Shown here: piece after piece, positions 11,235 through 20,166 of the stretch
Position numbering within the stretch: position 1 is the stretch's first letter
How the letters are laid out: every line of letters starts with the position of its first letter
DNA from: an uncultured Dehalococcoidaceae bacterium
Lineage (GTDB): Bacteria > Chloroflexota > Dehalococcoidia > UBA2979
Length of the DNA: 64,000 bases
Direction of reading: 5' to 3'
Assembly (NCBI GenBank): GCA_964565075.1
Contig: CAZMCK010000010.1
Location: 299 to 64,298, forward strand
The notes under the pieces: generated by a model
Databases searched by the model: none
Told to the model about the DNA's origin: nothing
Seen by the model: the letters and a program-made list of their open reading frames with translations, nothing else
Position numbers and translations under genes: made by a program

Positions 11235-11675
11235 CTACTCCTGCTCGCCAGCCTCGCCAGCCTCGCCGGATTGCTGCTCGGCCTGATCGGCGATCTCCGC
11301 CAGCCGCTGGCCGATCGCCACGCTCGCGGTGTCCGAGGCGGTGAGCCGGATCCAGCGCTCGAACGCCTCGCGAACCTGTGTGTAGGCCTGCTCGACGCGA
11401 TGGCTGAGCTCCGAGTCCGGGTCGCCCTCGGCGGCGTTCCGCGCCAGCGCGACATCGTTGAGCAGTGCCTCGAGCCGCGGGGTGAGCTGCTCCTGCAGGT
11501 CGTGGAACTCCTCGCTCGCCTCGGCGTGCCCGCGGTCGCGCATGATCTGGAGCGCACCGAGCACCCACGCGACCGAGCCGAGCAGCGTGCCGACGCGCTC
11601 GGGGTCCAGCCGCAACTGGTACGGGCGCGCGGGTTGCCCGCGCACACGACGTGGCTCGGGAGGCGGCACGCTCAC
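11235..11675 (-). CDS. hypothetical acidic helical protein
   Basis: 146-aa ORF directly downstream of the ROK-like gene on the same strand, with overlapping stop and start. No motif recognised. The C-terminal EAGEAGEQE repeat is low-complexity. Confidence 0.35.
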   Translation of the reverse strand: MSVPPPEPRRVRGQPARPYQLRLDPERVGTLLGSVAWVLGALQIMRDRGHAEASEEFHDLQEQLTPRLEALLNDVALARNAAEGDPDSELSHRVEQAYTQVREAFERWIRLTASDTASVAIGQRLAEIADQAEQQSGEAGEAGEQE

Positions 11676-12475
11676 GGCTTGCGGTCGCCCTCATACGCGA
11701 GCCGCGAGGCGAGGCGCGCCGCGCCGAGCAGCGCGGCGTTCTCCCCCAGCTCCGAGGCCACGACGCGCGGCCCCGGCGCGACCTGGTCGAGCACGCGCTG
11801 GAGCAGCGGGATCAGCCGCCGCGTGTGCTCGTCCTCGCCGTCGATCATGACCAACTCGGGGCCCAGCAAGGCCGTGGCGTCCGCGAGCAGCCCCGAGGCG
11901 GTCTCGAGGTCGTCGTCGCCGATGAGCTGACCCGGGGCAAGCTCGGGCATGGCGGGCAGGCTGCCCGCCGAGAAGCGCGCGCCGCGCACCGGCCGCCCGC
12001 CGGCCACCACGGCCGCCTCGGGCGTGCCGCGCAGCGAGACGTAGAGCACGTCGGCGGCGGCGCCGGCCGCGCCGTGCCAGCGCTCGCCCGCCAGCGCCGC
12101 GTTGGTGCGGCTCTCGGCCGCGATGGGTGCGTCGATGTGCCTGCGCAGCACCTCGACGACCGGCAGGCCGTCCCACGTGTCCTGCCCGGTCGAGTGGGTG
12201 AGCGTGCCGGTGAGCGGGTCGACGACGCCGGGCGCCGCGACGGCGATGGCGAGCGCCGAGCGCCGCGACCCCTCGGTGGCGAACAGCGTCGCGATGCGCC
12301 CGCCCACCTCCCACGACCAAGCGTCCTCGTCGGGCAGGGGTGGCAGCGGCCACGCGCCGCGCTCCAGCGGCGAGCCCTGCACGTCGGTGAGGAGCAGGCG
12401 CAGCTCGTCGCCGGTGAAGTCGACGGCGACGAGGACAGGCTCGCCCGGGCTCTCCGTGGTGTCTTCGCCGACCAT
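11672..12475 (-). CDS. ROK/BadF-type sugar kinase-like ATPase family protein
   Basis: N-terminal VLVAVDFTGDELRLLL resembles the ASKHA/ROK phosphate-1 motif and the overall length fits. The ROK zinc Cys motif is absent, so the assignment is to the superfamily only. Confidence 0.5.
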   Translation of the reverse strand: MVGEDTTESPGEPVLVAVDFTGDELRLLLTDVQGSPLERGAWPLPPLPDEDAWSWEVGGRIATLFATEGSRRSALAIAVAAPGVVDPLTGTLTHSTGQDTWDGLPVVEVLRRHIDAPIAAESRTNAALAGERWHGAAGAAADVLYVSLRGTPEAAVVAGGRPVRGARFSAGSLPAMPELAPGQLIGDDDLETASGLLADATALLGPELVMIDGEDEHTRRLIPLLQRVLDQVAPGPRVVASELGENAALLGAARLASRLAYEGDRKP

Positions 12476-12617
12476 GACGCCTCGCCGCTCCCGTCCGTGT
12501 CCCCGGCGACTCTACGACGCCGCCCGGCGCTGCGACAGCCCGCCGCCCATAGCTCGCGCCGCACGTAGACTGGAGCCGCGGCCGGGGCGCTTCCCCGCCG
12601 CCGACGAGGGACGAGGC

Positions 12618-13463
12618 GTGCTGCTCGAACTCGGCAAGCATCGCATCGAAGCCACCGATCGCACGGCGATCATGGCGATCCTCAACCTCTCCCCCGACTC
12701 ACCCGTCGCCGGCTCCGTCGTCGACCCCTCGCGGGCCCTCGACCGGGCACGCGCCCTCGTCGCCGAGGGCGCCGCGATCGTCGACGTCGGCGCGCACTCC
12801 ACCTCCTCGCGCGCGGCGCCCATCACCGCGCAGGAGGAGATCGAGCGCGTCTGCCCGGTCATCGAGGCGCTCTCGGCCGAGGGCATCCCCGTCACCGTCG
12901 ACAGCTGGACCGCCGAGGTCGCCCGCGCCGCCGCCGCAGCAGGCGTCGACGGCCTCAACGACGTGACCGGCTTCGTCGACCCGGAGATGGCGGAGGTCGC
13001 CGCCGAGCACGGGGCGACGCCCATCGTGATGCACATGCGCGGCCGCCCGCAGCGCCACTACGACGCCGACCAGCGCTACGACAACATCGTCGCCGAGGTG
13101 CGTCACTTCCTCCTCGACCGCGCGTCCGCCCTCGAGGCCGCGGGCGCGCCCCGGCCGTGGCTGGACCCGGGCTTCGAGTTCGGCAAGTCGCTGGGGGACA
13201 ACCTGCGGCTCTTCGGCAGCCTCGGCGACCTCGTCGCCACGGGCTACCCGGTGCTCATCTCCGCGTCCCGCAAGGGCTTCCTCGCCGAGGCGCTGGGCCA
13301 CGAGAAGCGGCAGGACGCCCCCGGCCAGTTCGAAGCCACCCTCGCCTTCAACGTCCTCGCCGCCGCCCGCGGCGTCCACGTCGTCCGCGTCCACGACGTC
13401 GCCGCCCACGCGCACGCGCTGGCGTTGGTGGGGGCGGCGAGGGGGTATGGGGCCCTTAGGTGA
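12618..13463 (+). CDS. folP: dihydropteroate synthase
   Basis: Pterin-binding DHPS fold with IMAILNLSPDS (like the GILNVTPDSF block), DVGAHSTSS, GLNDVTGF and ISASRKGF motifs. GTG start chosen. An ATG 19 codons downstream is an alternative. Confidence 0.85.
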   Translation: MLLELGKHRIEATDRTAIMAILNLSPDSPVAGSVVDPSRALDRARALVAEGAAIVDVGAHSTSSRAAPITAQEEIERVCPVIEALSAEGIPVTVDSWTAEVARAAAAAGVDGLNDVTGFVDPEMAEVAAEHGATPIVMHMRGRPQRHYDADQRYDNIVAEVRHFLLDRASALEAAGAPRPWLDPGFEFGKSLGDNLRLFGSLGDLVATGYPVLISASRKGFLAEALGHEKRQDAPGQFEATLAFNVLAAARGVHVVRVHDVAAHAHALALVGAARGYGALR

Positions 13464-14304
13464 GCAGGGTTACGGGAGCCTCGGCCCACTTCACCTTGCC
13501 GTACAGCGCCGCAAACACGCGCTGGAGGAGTTCGGGGTCATGATGCGTCAAGTACGCCGGCCCCTGACCGTCGGCGGGTTCCTGATGGACCATCGTGTAA
13601 CCGTCATGCGTCCGGTATAGCTCGACGCGCGCCCCAGCGCTCTCCCCGACGCGCTCGGGCACCATCAGTTTGGCAACCCGATCGGCTGACAAGCCCCGCT
13701 TCGGGAGCGGGTACAGCTCGTTGAAGGCTGAATCCACATACCGATTGAAGAACGCATAGAGCTCCAGCGGCTCCCGAGCATCCGCAGCATCAAGAAGGTC
13801 AATGCTTGCTGATGACGGCTCGTACCAGATCTCTATGAACATCCCCTCGCGAACGACCGCGTCCACGAGAGGCTTGAAGTCCTGATCACCAGCGATGAAC
13901 GTCGCGTGATGCATGTTTCCACGATACGAGTGAGTGAGCATGTCCACGGCGATCTGGACATCGACTTGCTTCTGGCGAGCCCGGCTCCCTGTGCCAGCAG
14001 TGACTCCCTCCACGACGTGCCAGCCGCGTAGTGAGCTGATCACGCTCAACTGGGCGCGTTGCTGGGACACGCGAGCCTCGTACTGTGCTGGCTCCTCCCC
14101 GGATCGTGGTGCGGGCAAACAGTCGTAGTAGAAGCACTTGGTGAACCCGCTTCCGAGCGCGCTATGGTTGATCGGCGGCTCTACTCCATCAAAGAGCTGC
14201 GCGCCGAACCTCTGGGCGATCTTCCTCAGGTACCCACCGTCCACGAAGAGGTAGCTAACCTCGGGCGGTCCTGAGTACGTGCCTCCAGCGAAGCTGATTC
14301 CCAT
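13456..14304 (-). CDS. NYN-domain (LabA/PIN-like) predicted ribonuclease with ~100-aa C-terminal extension
   Basis: YLFVDGGYL, KQVDVQIAVDML and FIAGDQDFKPLVDAV match the NYN/DUF88 acidic catalytic blocks. The gene lies in a GC-depressed segment and its 3' end overlaps the folP stop by 8 nt. Confidence 0.6.
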   Translation of the reverse strand: MGISFAGGTYSGPPEVSYLFVDGGYLRKIAQRFGAQLFDGVEPPINHSALGSGFTKCFYYDCLPAPRSGEEPAQYEARVSQQRAQLSVISSLRGWHVVEGVTAGTGSRARQKQVDVQIAVDMLTHSYRGNMHHATFIAGDQDFKPLVDAVVREGMFIEIWYEPSSASIDLLDAADAREPLELYAFFNRYVDSAFNELYPLPKRGLSADRVAKLMVPERVGESAGARVELYRTHDGYTMVHQEPADGQGPAYLTHHDPELLQRVFAALYGKVKWAEAPVTLLT

Positions 14305-14518
14305 ATCGTCTTGTCCTCATAAAGCGGGGAGCGGCGCGATGAGCGTTCCGGTCAGCGGGTCGGCGATCTGAATGCTCGCCACACCCAGAAGGGCTGTACC
14401 TGCCTTCCTCCTCGTCAGCACTCGAGGAGCCAGCGCTGGGAACGCAAGTTCTATTCTCTTGGGGGGACGCAGGCGAAGTCAACAGCGCTGGACCGGGTAG
14501 CCGAGCGGGCTGTCCGCC

Positions 14519-15220
14519 TCACTCGATGCGGTCGCTCTTCTCGAGGTTGTGGCGAGCGCAGAGGATGCGGATGTTCTCCGCCGTGACTGACGAGCCGCCG
14601 GCCGAGTACGGGATATCGTGGTCGAAGTGCAGTTCGTCGTCCGCGCCGCAAATCACGCACCTGCCGCGGTCGCGCCCCCACACAGCCAGCTTCACTGCCG
14701 ACGGAATCATGCGGCTACGCTCGCCGAGTGAGGGCTCCGGGACAGACGCGTCCCCGGCGAGTTCGAGCCGGAACTTGAAGACCCGCCGGCCGCCGCTCTG
14801 TTCTTCCCAGCAGTCCGTGAGTCGAAAGAGGCCGTTGTAGACCCAGATCCCGCGCCGGATCTTCTCGTAGACCTTCACGAACTCGGCGTCGGAGCGACCA
14901 TCCCGGTATGCGAGGGCTGCGTCACGGAACCGGCCGTTCCGCGTCAGCCCGCCTGACTTGAGAGTGAGTTGCTGGTCGACGCTCGTGGGGTCGGGGACGG
15001 TCGGCGACCGATCGACGTTGTGTCCCTCGTAGATGAGCACGGTGCCGTCTCCTTCGACGCTATCGCCGTATGGGGCGCCTTCGCGCTGGCTCATCAAGAT
15101 CACGCTGTAGCGCGGGTCAAGGCGGAAGTTCATCCCGCGCTGGAGCCGCACGCCGCGCTCCTCGCCGGACATTCTGTGGTGGCTGACGATCTCACCCGGC
15201 TTGAGCGTCCCGCTGACCAC
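14519..15220 (-). CDS. SRA-HNH protein: predicted modification-dependent (type IV) restriction endonuclease
   Basis: N-terminal SRA-like blocks (SVILMSQREGAPYGDSVEGDGTVLIYEGHN; GIWVYNGLFRLTDCWEEQSGGRRVFKFRLEL) are fused to a C-terminal HNH nuclease (CVICG...HFDHDIPYSAGGSS...NIRILCARHN). The domain order matches TagI/ScoMcrA-type 5mC-dependent enzymes. Confidence 0.6.
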   Translation of the reverse strand: MVSGTLKPGEIVSHHRMSGEERGVRLQRGMNFRLDPRYSVILMSQREGAPYGDSVEGDGTVLIYEGHNVDRSPTVPDPTSVDQQLTLKSGGLTRNGRFRDAALAYRDGRSDAEFVKVYEKIRRGIWVYNGLFRLTDCWEEQSGGRRVFKFRLELAGDASVPEPSLGERSRMIPSAVKLAVWGRDRGRCVICGADDELHFDHDIPYSAGGSSVTAENIRILCARHNLEKSDRIE

Positions 15221-15352
15221 GCGCCTCTCTCCACATCACGATCGACCGTCGGGGCGCCAGGGTAGCGGAAACGTCGCTTCCAGGATTAGGGGGCTGGCCG
15301 AGTCGTATCATCGGCACCACGGTTCGCACGTGCGAACACCGAGGAGGCGAGC

Positions 15353-15898
15353 GTGGCGACGGTATCGGACTTCGAAGAGTGGCTCGCGGATCAACTCACG
15401 CCCGAGCGGTTGGTCTACGGCATGAGACTGCCCGTCTACGACAACATCAGGTACATCGACGGGATACGTGGCCTCTTCATCCCGAGGCAGGTGCTCTTCC
15501 GCGTCGTCCCGTCGCTCATGTGGGCCGACAAGCGCACTCCTTCTGAGCCCATCGAAGTGACGATCGACAGCCACCCGTATGCTCAGACAGTGCAGGCCGT
15601 CTGGCACAACAGCCGCATGTTCCGAGGCAAGCGCAATGAGACGCGGCTGACCGGCATCGATGAGGACTCGGTACTGGCCGCCCCTGACTCGGCCGGGGCG
15701 CTCACGGTATTCTCGTTCCTTCGAGAGCCGCCCTTCTCGAAGTTCTTGACTCCCCAGTGTCGAGTCTGGATGTGCGACACCGCCGCCGAGGAGGATGCCA
15801 TCGAGGAGCACATCGGCCCGGTCGAGCCGCATTCCGGTGGGGCTCTCTGGCCCGACATCTTCGAGCGGCTCGACTGGCCCTATCGCTCGTGTGACTGA
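15353..15898 (+). CDS. hypothetical protein (no recognisable domain), divergent from SRA-HNH gene
   Basis: 181-aa ORF in the same GC-depressed segment. It starts 132 bp from the SRA-HNH start on the opposite strand. No motif identified. Confidence 0.45.
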   Translation: MATVSDFEEWLADQLTPERLVYGMRLPVYDNIRYIDGIRGLFIPRQVLFRVVPSLMWADKRTPSEPIEVTIDSHPYAQTVQAVWHNSRMFRGKRNETRLTGIDEDSVLAAPDSAGALTVFSFLREPPFSKFLTPQCRVWMCDTAAEEDAIEEHIGPVEPHSGGALWPDIFERLDWPYRSCD

Positions 15899-15903
15899 GC
15901 TTC

Positions 15904-15923
15904 GCAACCAGACGTGCGGTTGC
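15904..15923. terminator. small hairpin between convergent genes
   Basis: GCAACC-agacgtgc-GGTTGC inverted repeat in the 42-bp convergent spacer. Confidence 0.2.
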
Positions 15924-15940
15924 TATCGGCTTGAACGCAG

Positions 15941-16966
15941 CTACCCATCCTCGCCCAGCCCCTCCAGCCCGAACGCCTCCGCTAGCAGCTCGTAGGACCG
16001 GAGGCGGTCCGCGAAGTCGTAGGTGATGGTGACGACGATGAACTCGTCGGCTTCGAGCTCGGTGGCGAGGGCCTCCATGCGTTCCTTGACGCGCTCGGGC
16101 CCGCCGACGAGCGCGTTCTTGCGCTGGAAGTCGATGTACTCGCGCTCCGCCTCGTTCAGATCCTCTGCCATCGCCGACTCGACCGAGGGTACGCCGTAGG
16201 CGCGCCCCTGCCGGTTGCGCAGCCGCCACATCCAGCGGCTCATCGCCAGCTCCTCGGCGCGCTCGTCCGTGTCGGCACAGATCACGGAGACGCCGACGCT
16301 CACCCGCGGCTCATCGAGCCACGGCGAGGAGCGGAAGGTGCGGCGGTAGAGCGTGATCGCCTCGCCCGCCCACGCCTCGTTGATGAAGTGCGCGAACGAG
16401 TACGGCACGCCGAACTCGGCCGCCATGCTCGCGCTCTCCAGCGAGGAGCCGAGCATCCACGGCTGCGGCACGGTCGGGCCGAGCGGGGTCGCCTGTATGC
16501 CGGTGAAGTAGTGGCCCTCGGGCATCTGGTCGGAGACGAAGCGCAGCAGGTCGGCGACCTGGTGGGGGTAGTGCTGGATGCCGAGCGCGCCCGGCCCGTG
16601 GGTGAGCGCCTGCGCCGTCCGGCCGTCGGAGCCCGGCGCGCGCCCCACGCCGAGGTCGATGCGGCCGGGGTAGAGCGTCTCCAGCGTGCGGAAGTTCTCG
16701 GCGACCTTGAGCGGCGCATAGTGCGAGAGCATCACGCCGCCCGAGCCGATCCGCATCGCCGAGGTCTCCGCCGCGACGCGCGCGATCAGCACCTCGGGCG
16801 CGGAGCTGGCGAGGCCGCGGCTGTTGTGGTGCTCGGCGAGCCAGTAGCGGTTGTAGCCGAGGCGCTCGGTCGCCTTCGCGAGCTCGATCGTCTCGGCCAG
16901 CGCCGCGGCGGCCGAGCCGCCCTCGCGGATGGGCGATTGGTCGAGGACGCCGAGGGTCAGGGTCAT
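15941..16966 (-). CDS. LLM-class flavin-dependent oxidoreductase (luciferase-like monooxygenase family)
   Basis: MTLTLGVLDQ...YNRYWLAEHHN...GIQATPLG is a TIM-barrel luciferase-like signature. The track ORF extends 212 codons upstream in a GC-artefact frame. The ATG at 16966 has a GGAGGTG RBS. Confidence 0.8.
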   Translation of the reverse strand: MTLTLGVLDQSPIREGGSAAAALAETIELAKATERLGYNRYWLAEHHNSRGLASSAPEVLIARVAAETSAMRIGSGGVMLSHYAPLKVAENFRTLETLYPGRIDLGVGRAPGSDGRTAQALTHGPGALGIQHYPHQVADLLRFVSDQMPEGHYFTGIQATPLGPTVPQPWMLGSSLESASMAAEFGVPYSFAHFINEAWAGEAITLYRRTFRSSPWLDEPRVSVGVSVICADTDERAEELAMSRWMWRLRNRQGRAYGVPSVESAMAEDLNEAEREYIDFQRKNALVGGPERVKERMEALATELEADEFIVVTITYDFADRLRSYELLAEAFGLEGLGEDG

Positions 16967-17039
16967 CGCCGCACCTCCGGCGCGCGGGTGCGCCGCGCGC
17001 CGGGATAGCGTACCGCGCACGACGCAGCGCGCATCCGCG

Positions 17040-17690
17040 TCAGTTGAGGCCGCCCGGCTCGTTCCAGCGCTGCACGGCCGCCTCGTCGACGCGGCGGCGC
17101 AGCAGCTCCAGGATCTCCTCGAACATCTCGACCGCGCGGGCGAGGCGGTCCACCGGGTCGAGCGTCTCGAGGAGCCGCTGGCGCTCGTCCGCCGTACCGG
17201 CGCCGGTCGCGCAGATGGCGTCGGCGAGCGCGCCTGTGCGCTCGGGCGTGTCGGCGTCGGGGTCGCGCTCGTACTCGCCACGCGCCCGCGCGCGCAGTGC
17301 AGCGAAGGCGCGGAGTTGCTCCGCGGCGCGCTCGCGCAGCGCCTCGGGAGCCTCGTCCGAGGACTCCTCGACGAGTTCGGCGTCGGCCCAGAGGTAGGGG
17401 CGGTCGTGGTGCAGTTCCGTGATGCGGAAGCGCCGCTCGCCGCGCGAGGACAGCGCGATCTGGTTGAGGATGTTCGGCTCGGCGCGCTCGATCCGCGCGG
17501 TCGTGCCGACGTCGTGGGGGACGGCGAAGCCGCCGACCTCGGGGCCCTCGCGGATGAGCACCACGCCGAAGGGCGCCTCGTCGCGCAGGCACTCCTCGAC
17601 AAGCTGCAGGTAGCGCGGCTCGAAGACGTTGAGGGGCAGCGCCATCCCGGGGAAGAGCACGGTATGCAGCGGGAACAGGCGCAACTCCAT
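17040..17690 (-). CDS. LON N-terminal (substrate-binding) domain protein
   Basis: MELRLFPLHTVLFPGMALPLNVFEPRYLQLVEEC is the canonical Lon N-domain start. About 215 aa with no ATPase or protease domains. Confidence 0.7.
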   Translation of the reverse strand: MELRLFPLHTVLFPGMALPLNVFEPRYLQLVEECLRDEAPFGVVLIREGPEVGGFAVPHDVGTTARIERAEPNILNQIALSSRGERRFRITELHHDRPYLWADAELVEESSDEAPEALRERAAEQLRAFAALRARARGEYERDPDADTPERTGALADAICATGAGTADERQRLLETLDPVDRLARAVEMFEEILELLRRRVDEAAVQRWNEPGGLN

Positions 17691-17878
17691 CGCGTCCTCC
17701 GCGCGCGCAGCGTAGCGCGCGCGACGCACCCGCGTCGCGCGGCGGCATCGGGGCGGCCTTAAGGCGGGGAGGCGCGTTTACAGGCTGCATCGCGCGTTGC
17801 TATGTTCGCGGCGGCAAGCGAGCCTCACCCGGCGCCCGTGCGGGGCGCCGGCGGCGACGCTCACCCGGGAGGTAAGCC

Positions 17879-18991
17879 ATGGCAGGAGATCCACTGTTCA
17901 CGCGAGTCTGCGAGGAGTACGGGGCTGAGTTCCCGATCGTCGCGTTCGCGCACACCAAGGACGTGATTGCGGCGGTCGTGAACGCCGGGGGCATCGGCGT
18001 CCTCGGCGCGACCGGCTCGACGCCCGACGAGATCGACAGCGACGTGCGCTGGATCCGCGAGCGCGTGGGCGACAAGCCGTTCGGCGTGGACCTGCTGGTC
18101 CCGGCGTCGTTCGTGCAGGGCAACATGGAAGACCTGGAGGAGATGATCCCGCAGGAGCACCGCGACTTCGTCGCGAACCTCATGGCGGAGAACGACATCC
18201 CGCCTCCGAAGAACGAGCCCGAGGGCGGCATCGACGCCGGCCTGATGGAGAAGGCGCAGAAGCAGCTCGAGGTCGTCCTCGAGAACCGCGTGCCGATCTT
18301 CGCCTCCGGCCTCGGCAGCCCCGCGTTCATCCTCGACAAGGCGCACGACGTGGGCACCAAGTGCTGGGGCCTGATCGGGATGAAGCGGCAGGCCGTGCGT
18401 GAGCTCGACGCGAAGGTCGACGGCATCATCGCGCAGGGCGGCGACTCCGGCGGCCACAGTGGCCGCATCGGCACCTTCTCGCTGGTGCCGGAGGTCGTGA
18501 AGGCGCGCAACGAGATCAACCCGGAGAGCCTCGTGCTCGCCGCCGGCGGGGTCACCACCGGCACGCACGTCGCGGCCGCGATCGCGATGGGCGCCGACGC
18601 CGTCTGGTGCGGCACCATCTGGCAGGCGACGAACGAGTCCGAGACCGAGATGTACGCCAAGCAGAAGCTGGTGAACGCGGTCATCGAGGACGCCGTGCAG
18701 TCGCGCGCGACCACCGGCAAGCCGGTGCGCCAGGTCCGCTCGAAGTGGACCGAGGCGTGGGACGCGCCCGAGGCGCCGGACCCGCTGCCGATGCCGCTCC
18801 AGCCGATGCTGGTCGCGGAGATCAAGCAGGCCATCGACGACCACCACCTCGAGGACTGGAGCGGCCCGCCGGCCGGGCAGGGCGTGGGTCACATCACGTC
18901 GGTCAAGCCCGCGCGGCAGGTCATCTTCGACCTCATGGAGGAGGCGCAGGAGGTGATGGAGCGCCTGAGCGGCCAGCCCGTCGGCGCGTAG
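17879..18991 (+). CDS. nitronate monooxygenase / NAD(P)H-dependent flavin oxidoreductase (NMO/FabK-like family)
   Basis: TIM-barrel FMN-binding pattern (GGIGVLGA, IIAQGGDSGGH, AAGGVTTG). Confidence 0.75.
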   Translation: MAGDPLFTRVCEEYGAEFPIVAFAHTKDVIAAVVNAGGIGVLGATGSTPDEIDSDVRWIRERVGDKPFGVDLLVPASFVQGNMEDLEEMIPQEHRDFVANLMAENDIPPPKNEPEGGIDAGLMEKAQKQLEVVLENRVPIFASGLGSPAFILDKAHDVGTKCWGLIGMKRQAVRELDAKVDGIIAQGGDSGGHSGRIGTFSLVPEVVKARNEINPESLVLAAGGVTTGTHVAAAIAMGADAVWCGTIWQATNESETEMYAKQKLVNAVIEDAVQSRATTGKPVRQVRSKWTEAWDAPEAPDPLPMPLQPMLVAEIKQAIDDHHLEDWSGPPAGQGVGHITSVKPARQVIFDLMEEAQEVMERLSGQPVGA

Positions 18992-19143
18992 TCACCACGC
19001 GCGTTCCTCGCACGTAGCGCAGTTCGCGCCCGCTCGCCGCACGGCGGGCGGGCGCTGCGCGTCTCGGCGCGCCCAGAGGCCCCTCGCGCGTTGGCCCCTC
19101 GCGGGCGACGCTGCGGGAGCCCGCGATTGCCAGAGGAGCACCC

Positions 19144-19584
19144 ATGCCTGACGCCAACCCCGCCCCCGAGGGCTACACCACGATCACGCCGTACCTCGTC
19201 GTCGAGGACGCCGCCGCGTACCTCGACTTCCTCGCCACCGCGTTCGAGGGGGTCGAGCGCATGCGGATGGAGATGCCTGGCGGCGGGATCGGGCACGCCG
19301 AGGTCGAGATCGGCGACTCGGTGCTGATGGTCTCCGACACCGCCCCGCCCGACTTCCCGGCCACGGAGGGGCAGTTCCACCTCTACGTCGATGACGTCGA
19401 CAGCGCGTACGTGGTCGCGGTCAAGGCGGGCGCCACGGCTGTGGCGGATCCCGAGGACCAGCCCTACGGCGACCGCATCGCTCGCATCCTCGACCCGGCG
19501 GGCAACCGCTGGTCCCTGGCCACGCACATCGAGGACGTGGACATGGAGGAGCTGGCGCGGCAGATGGCGGAGGGCGAGGAGTAG
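19144..19584 (+). CDS. VOC-family (glyoxalase/bleomycin-resistance fold, PhnB-like) protein
   Basis: TPYLVVEDAAAYLDFLATAF...HAEVEIGDSVLMVSD...PYGDRIARILDPAGNRWSLA is a typical VOC beta-alpha-beta-beta-beta arrangement. Confidence 0.7.
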   Translation: MPDANPAPEGYTTITPYLVVEDAAAYLDFLATAFEGVERMRMEMPGGGIGHAEVEIGDSVLMVSDTAPPDFPATEGQFHLYVDDVDSAYVVAVKAGATAVADPEDQPYGDRIARILDPAGNRWSLATHIEDVDMEELARQMAEGEE

Positions 19585-19591
19585 CCGGGCG

Positions 19592-20149
19592 CTACGCGCC
19601 AAAGACCTCGCTCAGCGGGCACGTAAAGCCGGGCAGCACGTCGAGACCGTCGAGGGCCTCGTCCTCGGCCACGGTCGAGACGATCTCATCCGCCTGATGC
19701 ACGTCGACCGTCCTCGCGTCCGGGTGGACGAGCCAGACAAGCCGCACGCCGTGACTGAGCCACATCCGCGCCTTGTCGTTGACCTCGCGTCGGCTGTCGC
19801 TGGGTGACGCCGCCTCGACCACGAGGTCCGGGACGACCTCCGCGTAGCCATCGAGTTCCTCACCGAGCGGCAGTCGCTCTACGGAGGTAAACGCGACGTC
19901 CGGCTCGCGCACGGTGTCGGGATCATTCTCAAGCCACACGCCGCTGTCCGAGGCTACCAGCGTCCCGAGCCCGCGCGGTTCGACGTAGTTGCCTAGCCTG
20001 ACCACCAGTCGAGTAACGATCTTGCCGTGCCGCTGACCACTCGGCACGGTCTCGCAGAGCACTCCCCGGATCAGTTCGCCGCGCACGCCCTGGCTATGGA
20101 GCCGCAGCAGGTCATCGGCGGTCAGCAAGTCCGGCTTGCTCGATGTCAT
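19592..20149 (-). CDS. Uma2-family (DUF820) putative restriction-endonuclease-like protein
   Basis: 185 aa. DGYAEVVPDLVVEAASPSD and the VWLV/DV blocks match the Uma2 PD-(D/E)XK-like family. The track ORF upstream extension is Arg/Pro-rich GC artefact. Confidence 0.7.
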   Translation of the reverse strand: MTSSKPDLLTADDLLRLHSQGVRGELIRGVLCETVPSGQRHGKIVTRLVVRLGNYVEPRGLGTLVASDSGVWLENDPDTVREPDVAFTSVERLPLGEELDGYAEVVPDLVVEAASPSDSRREVNDKARMWLSHGVRLVWLVHPDARTVDVHQADEIVSTVAEDEALDGLDVLPGFTCPLSEVFGA

Positions 20150-20166
20150 CGCGCGCGCCCCGACCG

